Part shown: one piece after another, positions 50,997 to 63,679 of the stretch
How positions within the stretch are numbered: position 1 is the first letter of the stretch
Layout: the number at the start of each line of letters is the position of its first letter
Source of the DNA: Chiloscyllium plagiosum
Lineage: Eukaryota
Length of the DNA: 64,000 nt
Assembly: GCF_004010195.1 (NCBI RefSeq)
Contig: NC_057718.1
Location: 50,298,450 to 50,362,449 of the forward strand
Reading direction: 5' to 3'
The notes under the pieces: generated by a model
Databases searched by the model: none
What the model was told of the DNA's origin: nothing
Seen by the model: only the letters and a program-made list of their open reading frames with translations
Translations under genes and position numbers: made by a program

Positions 50997-51947
50997 CAAG
51001 TCTTCATCACCACCAAGAAATCTTACTGACACTGTTTTTGGAATTGCTTTGAGACATTCAAAATAAACAAAAAGTTTCTTTTACTTTCCTTCTCTATCTT
51101 TTAAATTATTGTCGTAATCTTGCCTTGCCTTCCCTTTGATTTTAATTTGTATTTGATTTGACACTGAATTCACTATTCTAGCTTTCATTTCTTGGTACGG
51201 ATTCTTATGATGCTCATTAACCATTATCTGATTAGTTAAGGAAATACATGTTTATTTGCTTCATTCAGGTCCTTTGTTCTCTGTAGAGGCACCACATGGT
51301 TTGGCTGTCCGTGGGTTGGTGTCATTCATTTACCACTCTAAGCAATATTATTGTTTAGTCGTGAATGAATGTATCTCAACATGTGTGAGTTCTGTCACAT
51401 CCAAAGCTCATATAAATAATAAAAAAGATGTTGCTGCCACTGAAATCTGCCAGTCTGTTGCTTTCCAGGTTTAAGAAAGTAGATAAATCAGGAATTCATT
51501 AAAATTAATGCATCAATGGATAACAAATGCAAATGAAGTCAAAGACTGCCAGATTTCAAAGCAATCACATTCTGGTGCCTGCATGGAGCATCTGTCATAG
51601 ATGCTCATGGCTGATGCTACCTTCAGAGCCATGAGTAAATCCAGAGACAATTTGAAAGAAAGGTTTGAAGATGATATAATCAACTAAACTCTTCTGCTGA
51701 GGTTTGAATCATGCAAGCACCATTGATTTCTTTAGCGATATCAAGTAGTTGGATTTAGATGCGTTAATTTGCTCATTCTTCATCTCCTACCTTTATCATG
51801 TTCTGATGTTATAAACCTGTAGCAGCAAAAAGGAAATTTCCATCAACTTTTACTACTATTTGGTGTGTGGCTGATGAATAATGTATGTGCTAACAGAATT
51901 AAACCTACAAATATGCTTCATTGCAACCAGGGAACACAATTATAATT

Positions 51948-52095
51948 AAGTGTTTTTTTCAGCGGTCGTGCTTATTTCTCCTCAGCACCCATGTTGTGCG
52001 CATGTAAGGTGTAGGACACAGTGAAGAAACAAGTGTAGATCATTTTATTCATATTCCACCAACAGGAAGAAAAAGCACCTGAGTGGCCAGTGACA
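51948..52095. mobile_element. Unclassified 148-bp insertion
   Basis: Direct repeat ACAATTATAATT at 51936-51947 and 52096-52107. Confidence 0.55.
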
Positions 52096-53004
52096 ACAAT
52101 TATAATTTAATGTGGAAAATGGCTAGTTATCATAATTTATTGGAACTTAATGCACTCATTATGGTTGTTTATAGTTCAATGTGGAAAATGCTAGGTAAAA
52201 ATTAAAATAATTGCTAAAATAAATGCAGCAATGGTTACTCTCCTAGTGGTTTGCAATACCATACAAAAGATTATTCTAGCCACTTAGCATATAATTACAT
52301 ACAGGCAATTTTCCCTGCCTTTTGGGAGTAGAACAATGATTTATAGATGCTCCTTTCATTCTAAAAATAAATGCTATGATTCTAGTGTCTGGTCGCATTT
52401 ATCATTAAGAATAACTGTTAACAAAAGAGACATTCTTAACGTCTGTTCTTCAGATATTCCTGGGAAGAACTGTCCTGACTAGGCAAGATAAGTATAAAGG
52501 CATTGTAAGTGACTTCTTATGTTCTAAAATTAGCAAGAAGCATATTGCTTGTCAGTAGAAATGGAACACAGTACTATATAGTTTTATCTGCATCGGTGAC
52601 TAGAACAACTCTTGTACAGTTTGGTATCACTGAGATAAGTACTTCAGCCAGCTGGTTACATTATGTTCTGAAAGAATGAAGAGAGCATTGTCTGGGATGT
52701 AAGCAAACATAGTATATCCAGCAAAGTAAAATTTGCACAACGAAGGTTAAAGATTTTGACGATGCACGGGAGTTTAAAGGTTGCAAATCTCATTGTTCCT
52801 GGTGCATATCATACTAGAATGAAATGTTAAGCATACTTACATTGAAGAAGGAAATAGAAAACTGTATAACTAAATTTCTTGCATGCGTGAGATTTATGCA
52901 AACTGATTACTTTCACCTAAGACAAAGAATATATTAGACAATGTATTGATTTACGATCAAAGTCATTTACAGATGGCACTTTAAACAGCTTGCTTCAAAG
53001 AGCA

Positions 53005-54430
53005 CTAACATATGGACAAGTAATAACAGGCCACTCAGCCCTTCAAGCATGCTCCACCATTCAATAAGGTCATGGATGATCTGATTTCAACTGCAACTCT
53101 ACACAACTGCATTCTCTGATAACCCTTCATCCCCTTGGCATTTCAGAATCTTTTTACCTCTGCCTTAAAAATAATTAAAGCTTCTGCACCCACTGCCTTT
53201 TGAAGAAGGGAATTGTAAAGACTTACAACCTTCTGAGAGAACTTACTTTTCTTCATCTCTGTCTTAAATGGATGGCTCCTGTTTTTAAACTATGACAGCA
53301 AGTGCTAGGTTTTCCTGAAACAGGAAACATTCTTTCCACATCCACCCAGTCAAGACACTTCAAGATCTCAAGCACTTATGTCACCGCTGACTCTTCTAAA
53401 CACCACAGGATACAACCCGAGCCTTTCTAGACTTGATTCATAAGGCAATTAACTCATTTCAGGTATTAATCTGCGCAACCTTCTCTTATCTGCTTCCAAC
53501 ACATTAACACCCTTCCCTAAGTACAGTGACCAGTACGACACGCAGTACTCCAAATGTGATCTCACCAACACCCTGTATAACTGAAGCATCGCTCCTTATT
53601 CTTGCATTCAATTCTTCTTGCAGTAAAACAACATTCTATTAGCTTTCCTGATTACTTGCTGCAACTCCATACTAACCTTCTCTGAGTCACACACTAGGAC
53701 ACCCATGTATTTCCGGCCTACAATCTCACAAGATTGGGAGAATATGCATCCTTCTCATTCTTTCTGCCAAAACAATTTCATACTTTCCTAAATTATACTC
53801 AATTTGCCAGATTGTTGCCAACTCACTTGACCAATCTATGTTGCTTTGTAGGATCCTTATTTCCTCTTTACAACTTACTTTCCGATCTATCTTTGTGTCA
53901 TCAGCAAATTTAGTTACCATACCTTTGTTCCCATCATTCAATTAATTTCTATGAATCATAAAGGGTTGAGGTCCCAGTACTGACTCCTGTGGCACACCAC
54001 TCATGACACCCTGCCAGCCTAAAATAGTATCCATTTATCCCCATCCTTCGCTTCCTGTCAGCTAGCCAATCTTCTACTCATGTCAAGACATTACCATCAA
54101 AATCAAGAGCTTCTATTTTCTGTAATAAGCTTTAATGTGGCACCATATCAAATGACTTATGCAATCTAAGATCGATATATCCATTGGTTATTGTTGATTC
54201 ATAGTACATGTTACTTCTTCAAACAACTCCAAAATATTAGATAAACATAATTTCCCTTTCACAAACCAATGTTTGTTCTGCCTTTCTTTTTACCTTGAAC
54301 ATACTATAACATCTTTAGTAATAGCTTCTAACATTATTCCTATGACAGATGTTAAGCCAACTGATCTGTGGTTTCCTGCTTTCTGCCTCCCTCCCTTTTT
54401 GAGAAAAGGCGTGACTATATCTATTTTCCA
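53005..54430 (-). mobile_element. CR1 LINE, 3' ~1.4 kb, decayed
   Basis: MVTKFADDTKIDRKV...LQSNID...W...WQ..YN.GK RT motifs; GVPQESVLGP. Confidence 0.85.
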
Positions 54431-54434
54431 ATTT

Positions 54435-54762
54435 GAATCATTGAATCCCTACAGTGTGGGAGCAGGCCATTCAGCTCATCCAGTCCACACCGACTCTCCA
54501 AAGAGGCATCCTACCTAACCCCCGTAACCCTGCATTTTCCATGGCTAATCCACATAGCCTGCACATACCTGGACACCAAGGGCAATTTAACATTGCCAGG
54601 ACACCTAACCTGTACATCTCTGGACTCTGGAAGGAAACCGGAGGAAACCCACACAATCATGGGGAGAATATGCAAACTCCATACAGAATGTCATCTGAGG
54701 ATGGAATCAAAACCCGGGTCCCTGGCACTGTCAGGCAGTAGTGTTTATCACTGGGCCACTGT
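54435..54762 (-). mobile_element. HE1-related SINE
   Basis: ccctacagtgtgggagcaggcc...gggtccctggcactgtcaggcagtagtg. Confidence 0.85.
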
Positions 54763-55917
54763 AATTTAAAGGCTTCCTTGAATCTAATGAGTCATGGAAA
54801 ACTAATACCAATGCAATAACTGTCTCATTAGCGACTTCTCAACCTGAGCTACAAATCTTCTCAAAACTCGCTAACTTATTTTAAGTTTCTGGGATGAATT
54901 CTATTAGGATCTGTGGAATTGTCAAGTCGCAGTTCCAACAAGGTGCTGAACTGAAGGGAAATTTTATATCTCACTTCTAAACCAAAAACCCAATTTTATA
55001 TGAAGTACAAACATTTTGGGCAACACATTTATAAGTAACATTTTTCCAAATATAACTCTGGTCCAAGTACTGGTGAAGAAAATTAATCTTTTTGAAAAAC
55101 AGCTTTAATGGCAAACATATGCACTAAAACATCTGCGCACTCTACCATGTGTTTCAAAAGTTTAATTATGAAAGCATCAGAGCCACTCTCATTTAGTGAG
55201 TCATCTGAATGAGACTGACTATAGGTCAAATCTTTTTCTTCTCTTCCTTCCAAGCTACTATAGCTTTTCCATTTTGATCATCATCATGTGTTCAGTGTCA
55301 CAGTTCAATTTTGAGAATCCACATATGCTGCTTTCTAATCTCTCTGCTTTCGCAGAATTCCAGTCTGGATACATTCACTGTCAATTGTACTTTTCTCTTC
55401 CGAATACATTTTGTTCCTACATACTAACCATGTTTTAATTGTGATAGAACATAAAACCAATAATATTTCAGAATCAGGAAAAACAAATGAAACAAAAAAT
55501 ATTATTCAATGTATCAACCAGCCTTCTCAAAGTATCTCTCAACTTACTCTCCTCAATCTATTTCAATTCCTTCTCCTTGGAAATTGGAGAAGTTCATTTG
55601 AGGTGAAAAGATATTGATCTTTTTTCTTTAAACTCTCAGAATCCTATTAACTATTATTTCTGCCATTTGATTAATTTACTTTGGCAAATTTTGTCAACTT
55701 TCTTAGCAACCAGGAAAGCCATTATCAAATTATCTCAAGTAATCTTTCATTTTATAAAAAAAAGTTCTTCCAGTTCACAAAACTATGCAAATACATTCTA
55801 AAATAAATCATACACAGAAAAGCTAACTAGAGGCTAACTCTCCCCTTTATGCATTTTCTCCAGGTTATGTGCTTTTTAAAACAATTGCAAATCCAGTGAA
55901 AACACTGCCAATTTTTA

Positions 55918-56214
55918 TGATTAGATTAGATTACCTACATTGTGCAAACAGGCCCTCCGGCCCAACAAGTCCACACCGACCCTCCAAAGAGTAACCCACC
56001 CGGACCCATTTTCCTCTGACTAACGCACCTAACCTATGGGCAATTTAGCATGGCCAATTCACCTGGCCTGCACATCTTTAGATTGTGAGAGGAAACCCGC
56101 ACAGACACAGGAAGAATGCGCAAACTCCACACAGACAGTCGTCTGAGGCTGGAATCAAACCTAGGACCCTGGTGCTGTGAGGCAGCAGTACTAACCACTG
56201 AGCCACCGTGCTGC
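55918..56214 (-). mobile_element. HE1-type SINE
   Basis: (gatta)n tail; ...ctaaccactgagccaccgtgctgc. Confidence 0.92.
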
Positions 56215-57375
56215 ACTTATCTTTTTCTTATATCTCTTTAACACTGAGTGTACCTATCACAGTTGAAAGCAACAACTCACGACGTCCTTCCCAAGGGCAG
56301 TTCGGGATGAGCAATAAATACTGGCCCGAGCTAGCAGCATCCACATCCTATTAAAGAAGATAACCATACAACTTGGCAGAGATTTGATCTCTTCCAGCAC
56401 ATCTCCTTCAAATGGTGATAGCATTCATTTTATTTCAAAGCACACACATTTCTCATGTGCAACTTTACTTTCACGTAAGTAAACCTCATAAAAGAATTGC
56501 GACTGGAGATTAAACGGCAGCCCCACTCTGATGGCAATGAAACTTGACCTCAAGAGGTCTTTTCACCCACAACAGTCATGCCAGATGCCCTTTTATTCAT
56601 CAAACTGGCAGTTTTTAATGTGTCGACTTCCCCCTCCCCCCTCCCAAATTTGGGCGGAGAAAACACTCAGAAATCAATATTCCAAGATCAATGAACAAGA
56701 GATTAAGGACAGAGCTGTTACAGTAAAAGAGTAAGAGAAAATGTGGTTCCTTTTCACCAGATCAAGAAGGTGGTTCACTGTTGAGGCTGGTTTCTATGTC
56801 TTTACTTCTGGGTGAAAGTGGAGATCCCGGTCCCTGAAAGGCGCGGGTTCTTGTGTTGACCATCAGTGACCCCCCCACTCCCCAACAAATAAGATTTAAA
56901 ACAAGATGATCTGATCGTTTAAGTCATTGTCATTTGGGAGGGGGGGGGAATTTGCAGTGTCTACGTTGGCTGCCCGGCAGCTATCGCCACATTTAATTTT
57001 CCCGGATGCCTAAAGAATGGCAAAAGAAATGCAAGTTCTTGCTTTTTAGCAGGTTCAGTGTTTAAAATCACATCACAGTTGAAAGCGTGTAAAAAGTCAC
57101 AAGCTGAGAGCCTTGTCTTAAAACACTTACCAATCCAGGTTTAGCGAACAGTATTTAGGCCAGTGAAATTATTTTTACACTAAGTTGTCAACGTGTATAG
57201 TACTTTCTGGATTAAAGAAAGTTGTACCGGAGCACTGCTCTGCCCCAAACTCTCCCACAGCAGCGGAATGCTTTGGAACTGAAAACCATGGAAGTTAGGG
57301 CTCGAGTGGAAATTGCAGTTTCAATTTAGTATTACTTTTCCTGCCTGGACTACAGAATAAACGTGATATACTCAC

Positions 57376-57536
57376 AGTTTACGGGAGCCCCTGGAAAACC
57401 CCTTTGGAAAATGATCGACTTCCCTGCCTTCACAAGTGACACGATCGTCCGATTTACAGCTACAAAGTTTGGGGCAGTTAGCACGGGAGAGAGGATACAG
57501 AACCAGGCAGAGCAGCAAGAGCAAAAGCCGAGACAT
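57376..57536 (-). CDS. First coding exon of a secreted or membrane leucine-rich-repeat protein (signal peptide + LRRNT); glycoprotein-hormone-receptor-like candidate
   Basis: aaaATG then MSRLLLLLLCLVLYPLSRA-NCPKLCSCKSDDRVTCEGREVDHFPKGFSRGSRK(L); 161 nt ending at phase-2 donor CT|GTGAGT; CPxxCxC..VxC..xP cap; CpG-enriched context. Confidence 0.82.
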
Positions 57537-57980
57537 TTTTTTGTTTGTTGTTTAAATACTTGTTTCACATAGTTCTGATTGTTCCAAAGAAGCTTCGACG
57601 CTGCAAAATATGAGATAATTGTTGCACTTTCGACTGATCGTCCCGTAACAATATCAGACGTGCCTGGAGCTCAGTGTTAGTGGCATCTCAGAGGCGGAGC
57701 TGCATGAGGGGTTGGGGGTGGGGGGACCCTTGCAGGGTGGGAAACAGCATCAGTTACAAATGTGATTCCAATCCCACTCTGGGACGTTACCCTGATTCTT
57801 TTCGATTCACCTCCGGACCTCAGGAGACGCCTTGTCAGATGGTCAAGTAAACTTTTTTTCTTACTTGTCTGAGTCCTCTCCCGCCGAAGACAACGGTGAT
57901 CATTTGGCAAAACAAATGCACTCGACCTTCCGCGGTAAAACCGCACCGTAACTAAATTAACTGGGCACAAAGAAAACACT
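57537..57980 (-). promoter_or_regulatory. CpG-enriched promoter or 5' UTR region of the LRR gene
   Basis: Local excess of CG dinucleotides relative to CpG-depleted flanks; GC-box-like gaggcggagc at 57691-57700. Confidence 0.55.
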
Positions 57981-58095
57981 TCATAAAACTTAATGGCCAG
58001 GTCTTTGATTATTGAAACATAAATAGCTGCAAGTGTTATTTTAGTTATAAATCACACAACACCAGGTTATAGTCCAACAGGTTTAATTGGAAGTA

Positions 58096-58130
58096 CACTA
58101 GCTTTCGGAGCGCTGCCCCTTCATCAGGTG
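58096..58130 (-). ncRNA. Minimal type-I hammerhead ribozyme motif
   Basis: CAC-CTGATGA-A-GGGGC-AGC-GCTCC-GAAA-GCTA-GTG with palindromic AGCU stem III. Confidence 0.65.
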
Positions 58131-58368
58131 GTTGTGGAGTGTAAAATTGTAAGACACAAAATTTATAGCAAAAGTTTACAGTGTTATGTAACTGAAATTA
58201 TACATTGAAAAATGCCTTGATTGTTTAAGTCTCTCATCTGTTAGAATAACCACGTTAGTTTCACTTTTTTAAAAAACGTTATATTCTCAGGTTAACTTTA
58301 ACAATTGGTGCCAGCCCAGATAATGTTTTGAAGGTGTTAGCCCCCTGCGTGCTGCTGTCTGTGCCTCA

Positions 58369-58655
58369 ATTAGATTCCCTACAGCATGGAAACAGGCCCT
58401 TTGGCCCACACTGACCCTCTGAAGAGTAACCCACCAAGATCCATTCCCCTATATTTACCCCAACTAATGCACCTACCACTATCGGCAATTTAGCATGGCC
58501 AATTCACCTGATCCACCCATCTTTGGATTGTGGGAAGAAGACCACGCTGACACAGGGAGAATGTGCAAACTCCACACATCCTGAGGTGGGAATCGAACAC
58601 GGGTCCCTGGCGTTGTGAGGCAGCAGTGCTAACCACTGAGCCACCATGCTGCCCC
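58369..58655 (-). mobile_element. HE1-type SINE nested in the PLE
   Basis: ccctacagcatggaaacaggccc...ctaaccactgagccaccatgctgccc. Confidence 0.9.
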
Positions 58656-59400
58656 TAACGTTTAGACTGATTCTAATCTAAAATGATGAATTAACAGAGT
58701 CTTACATGGATTCATGTAGTTTTTGAGCAAAGTACAATGTAACTCTGCAAGTATAAATTCATCTCACAAATGTATATGTGTGCATGTGGGTTTGTGTGTG
58801 TGTGATGGGGGGTTGTGAGTATCTGTGAGAGAGAGTGTATATGTGTGTGAGCGAGTGTAAAGGAGTCTAAGTCTGTGAGAGGGTGCATGTGTGAGTGTGT
58901 GTCTGTAGGAGTTTGTGTGAATGTCTGTGTGTGTCTGTGTATCGGAGTGTCTGTGTGTATATGTGTGTGTATAGGAGTGCCTGTGTGTGTGTGTATAGTG
59001 CAATGAGAGACTTAACAAACAATCAAGGTGCTTTTCAATGTATAATTTCAGTTACATCACACTGTAAACTTTTGCTATAAATTCTGTGTCTTACAATTGT
59101 GTACTCCACAACCACCTGGTGAAGGAGCGACGCTCCGAAAGCTAGTGCTTCCAATTAAACCTGTTGGACTATAACCTGGTGTTGTGTGACTTTTAACTTT
59201 GAACACCCCAGTCCAACACCGGCACCTCCACATCAGTGTTATTTTAAGTCTGTTTGATAGTTCAAAATCTGTATTGTTCAGCCACAAATAGCTTGGATGG
59301 AACATCATGCATTTTTTTTTCGGTAAAAGGGAGAAATGTTTACTGGGATCAATTTGGAATTGTAAAATGTTGCCTTCCTGAGATTTGGGTTCAAACTTGG

Positions 59401-59717
59401 GGGGGTGGCACGGTGGCTCAGTGGTTACCACTGCTGCCTTATAGAGCCAGGGACCCGGGTTCGATTGGACGATTGTCTATGTGGAGTTTGCACATTCTCC
59501 CCATTTCTGTGTGGGTTTCCTCCAGGTGCTCTAGTTTCCACCCACAACCCAAAGATATGCGGCTTAGGTGAATTGGCCATGCTAAATTGCCAATAGAGTT
59601 AGATGCATTAGTCAGGGGTACATACAGGGAATGGGTCTGGGTGGGTTACTCTTTGGAGGGTCAGGATGGACTTGTTGGGCCAAAGGGCCTGTTTCCATAC
59701 TGTAGGTAATCTAATCA
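59401..59717 (+). mobile_element. HE1-type SINE
   Basis: ggtggcacggtggctcagtggtta...gggttcgatt...ctgtaggtaatctaatc. Confidence 0.9.
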
Positions 59718-60209
59718 AATCTCAACACAGCCTCTGAAGAGGTCAGTTAATTATATATATGGATTTTGCTGCTTTAAAAGCTACTTAAATCAGTAATAAC
59801 AACTGCAATGTGATAAATCCCATCCGGTTCACTAATATCCTTTGAGGAAGGCAATATGCCATCCTTACCCAGTCTAGCCTACGTGTGACTCCAGATCTAC
59901 AACAGTGATTTTTCAATACTCTCCAAAATGGTTTAGCCAATTACTCGGTTCTCAAGAAGATGGCTCACCTTCCCCAAGACAATTAGGGATAGACAATAAA
60001 TCCCAACCTTGCCTCCAATGCGCACACTCCACGAATTAATTTAATGTTTGAATTATGGAGGATGTTGAAACTGTCAGATTAAAGTGAACATGAAGCTGCA
60101 AAGAACATACTGGTAATTATTCTGAATGAGTGAATTATTCCTCCAATTTACAGAGGAATATATGAGCATCATGTCACCTCCATGATAAATGGACATATGG
60201 ATGAAATTG

Positions 60210-60885
60210 ATTCAATTGGGAATAATCAGCATGGATTTGAAAATAGATAATGACGTTTAACAAGCCTGGAGTTTTTTCACAATGTTATGAACAAAATTGA
60301 TCAAGGGAGTCAACAGATATAGCTTATTTAGATTTTAAGAAAGGTTTTGATGAGATCCCCCACAGGAAGTTTGTAGCAAAATTAAAGCACATGGGATAGG
60401 AGGGAATGTACTGGCATGTATTGGAGATTGAAAATAGAGTAAAACTAAATGGGTGATCTTTGCACTGCGAGACTGTGACTAGTGTGGTACCATAAGGATC
60501 AGTACTTGGGCCCCAGCTGTTCATATGCAGATCAGTAATTTGGATGTGTGGACCAAATGTAATATTCACTAATTTGTGGATGAGACAAAGCTAATTAAGA
60601 ATGTTTGTTGTTCGGAAAATGCAAAATATTTTTCGGACAATTTGGACACGCTTAATAAGGGAGAATGAATGTGGTGGGTGGAATATAATGTCGAAAAACA
60701 TGAGGTTTTATTCCGGCTCAGCTTTTGAATATTTTTAGAGTAGAGGTTGATACATTTTTGAGTATTAAATGATGTAAAGGGTTACGGGGATAAGGTGAGG
60801 AAAAAAAACATTGCAGTGATTGATCAGTGACAATTGTATTAAACAGTGGAGCAGTCTCAATGGTCTGAATGCTGTACTACTTTTC
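60210..60885 (+). mobile_element. Decayed CR1 ORF2/3' UTR fragment
   Basis: NQHGF, YLDFKKGFDEIPH.K, SVVP*GSVLGP.LF, FVDETKL. Confidence 0.8.
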
Positions 60886-63488
60886 ACCTGAACCAGAAGA
60901 AGAAATTGAAAAAGAATTAAATATTGCTGAAAGAGAAAGGTACTGTTGAAGCCTTTTCCTCTTGTATACGTCAGGTAAAAGGAAGAATGCAAAATTCCAA
61001 ACAATTGTAGCAATAGATCCTACAGGAGAAAGGGCTGCTGATTACTTGGCAAGTTGATCCTGATTGCTTTCTTCATGGAAATGCCTCAGCTCCGCGAAAC
61101 ACTTGTTCCTTGAGCTCCCAGGTAGTTCACAAAAGGCCTAATGCTTGAACATATTATTTTTACTTGTATTGAATGGATCCCTGCACAAAAATGTAAGCAG
61201 TTTTAGCAAGCAGAAATGAGCCATGTTATCTGCTCAACTAATTATCTGAAATTATTTGATTTTGTACCTATAAGCATGAACTGGATTATTCACAAGCGTT
61301 TCCCAATTGTAGAAGTGTATCTAGCAGAAGTCATTTTATTTTGGAGTTTCGTGGCTCGTTGAATGCAGACTTTACTCTGGCTGTTAGAAGCGATTGAAAG
61401 AACATACCATTTGATTTACTCTTGCCAATCATTAGAATGTACAGACAACATTGCAGTTGTATGGAACTTCATTCACAACACGGTTGCATTGTGTCTTAAG
61501 CAGATTTTATTTTTGGGCTGATGGCAGTTTTTTGGTGTGTGTGTAAAATACCACTCACATAGCTATGATAGCAGCCTGAAATGGCTTACTTAACATGTTG
61601 ATTTATTTTTTAAGAGTCCATGCCTTTTCATAGTAATTTGAGGAAGACCTGGCACTTTTCAGGTCCAAATGTAATGCCCTTCAGTGCAGTACAATGCCAG
61701 ATAATTGGGCTTTACGTCCACATAGTCAGTTGATTGAATCAAACAGGATGTTCCTTTGTTTGTTAGTAATAAGCAGAGTACCGACCATAATCAAGCAGCT
61801 TGCGCAAGCACAACACAAAGTAGTACATCTGCTGAATACTTGACGAACCATCCTGAATGTAATCATAATTACATGAACAACCAACACAAGATAATCTGTC
61901 AATTTTGTAATATAGATCATTTAACTTATGTTCAAAATTTATATGCTTTTTAAATATTACCGAGCCTTTTGAGGAATCTACGTTTCGCCGCTGCTTCCTA
62001 AATGTCAATGCTGCAGCCAATGATAACTTGTCAACCAATCAATAGCAGGGATTGCTGTGATTTTATTGAAAATTGAAATTCTTGCATTTGTCCTGATGTG
62101 TGCAAGATGAAAAGCTTCAACAACATAGCTCTCATTTCAGCGATATTCAAGTTCTGTAATTCATTACTTCAATACAATTGAAGTGGAATTCTTTAATAGT
62201 AAAGACTTTAAAATTGTCAGGAATAAAATTTATGGTCATACAATAAACAACAAAGAGCTTCCATATACACAGAGCTTTTGAAATGCACAATATGCTCAGA
62301 AACACCTTTGAGATAGGCTCTCGGTTGTGTTGTACAGAACCACAGCAGATTATCCAGATACAAAATCAATGACCGGTGCATTTGTTTTTGTGGTGTTAGC
62401 TAAGGGAAAATCCTGTTCAGGACAGGGGGAAATTTGCCATTGTACAATAAAATGAAGCAATGGGATCTTTTACTTCCATCTGAGGAGGCTGCTGGGGTCA
62501 TTAATATCTTTTTAAAAATACAGGATCTCTAACTCTACAGCATCCCCTGAGCATTACCCAAAAGTATTAGATTAGATTTTATATTCATTCCCCTAAAGTA
62601 TCATATGAATCATTAATCTTTCTATTTAAAGGCAGTTAAGCTCACTGAGCCATATCTGAAATGTGAAGTAGACAGACAGGTCTTCAGTTTAACAACGAGG
62701 TCTGAAAGATGGTATCTTTGCAATGCAACACCTTCACAAAAATAATTGAGACTTGAGCCTTTAAACATCTGGTTCGGATGAGAATGCTACCCCAGAGCCA
62801 AGATAGTAACATATCAACATCAACAATAGTCTCTGTGGGTTTAAAAGGGGAACATCTTGACGAATCAATCTACTTGACTTTTGAGAAATTAATTTCAAAG
62901 ATGCCAAAAGGAAGAGAATAAAGCTTCATGTGAAATGGTAATGTGAGAGAGTTCATGGTGAGCATGGAAATCAGATTGAAACATTCGTTGAAAGAAAGCA
63001 AATAACGGTTATTTAAAAGAGATGATATAGGAGTTCACCTCTAAGGTTGTGGTGGTGAAATCACTTCAGTATCTGTTTACAGCAAAGAAAATGGAGTCAG
63101 ATATTCATAGCAAATGTGGCGATGATCCCACACTAAGAAGAATGGATGATTTTGATAAGGCACCTCAGAAAGTGATCTCCAAAAGTGTACAGCTACTCAC
63201 ACAGCTCCCTTAAGTTATTGAAATTAGGCTCAAAGCCCTGTTCAGGGCAAGCATCACGTCTCTAGGTTTAGGTTCCTGTGGGTCATAATAGATTTCTACA
63301 TGACTATGTCTCTATTAGTTCCATATAATCAAAGTGTTCACATCTTATGAAAGAGCAACTATGGGTTTGTTTGGCATGGTGAGTTAAATAGGATTTAAAT
63401 TATGGTGAATGGAATACCAAAATAATCAGTAATTCAATAATTCAAATAATAGATTAACATATCTAAGCAATTGTCACCGTGACTAATG

Positions 63489-63679
63489 AAAAAGTGAGGC
63501 CTGCAGTTGCTGGAGATCAGAGTGTGGTACTGGAAAAGCACAGGCAGGTCAGGCAGCAGCTGAACAGCAGGAGAATCAACGACCTATATCAGGATGAAGG
63601 GCTTATGCCCAAAACGTCGATTCTCCTGCTCTTCAGTTGCTGCCTGACCAGCTGTGTTTTTCCAGCACCACACTGTCAA
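63489..63679. mobile_element. Mini fold-back PLE element, degenerate hammerhead
   Basis: Arms agtgtggt.ctggaaaa...ggagaatc and gattctcc...ttttccagcaccacact; direct repeat GTCACC(G/A)TGACTAATG at 63473-63488 and 63680-63695. Confidence 0.82.

Larger units (their letters stand above)
58044..59234. mobile_element. Fold-back PLE insertion (family B) with nested SINE and GT microsatellite
   Basis: Inverted arms ~58044-58226 and ~59017-59197; direct repeat AGTGTTATTTTA at 58032-58043 and 59235-59246. Confidence 0.88.

Noticed and set aside
57131..57206. 76-nt AG...GTAAGT segment containing NNFTGLNTVR
   Set aside because: Stops in all three frames
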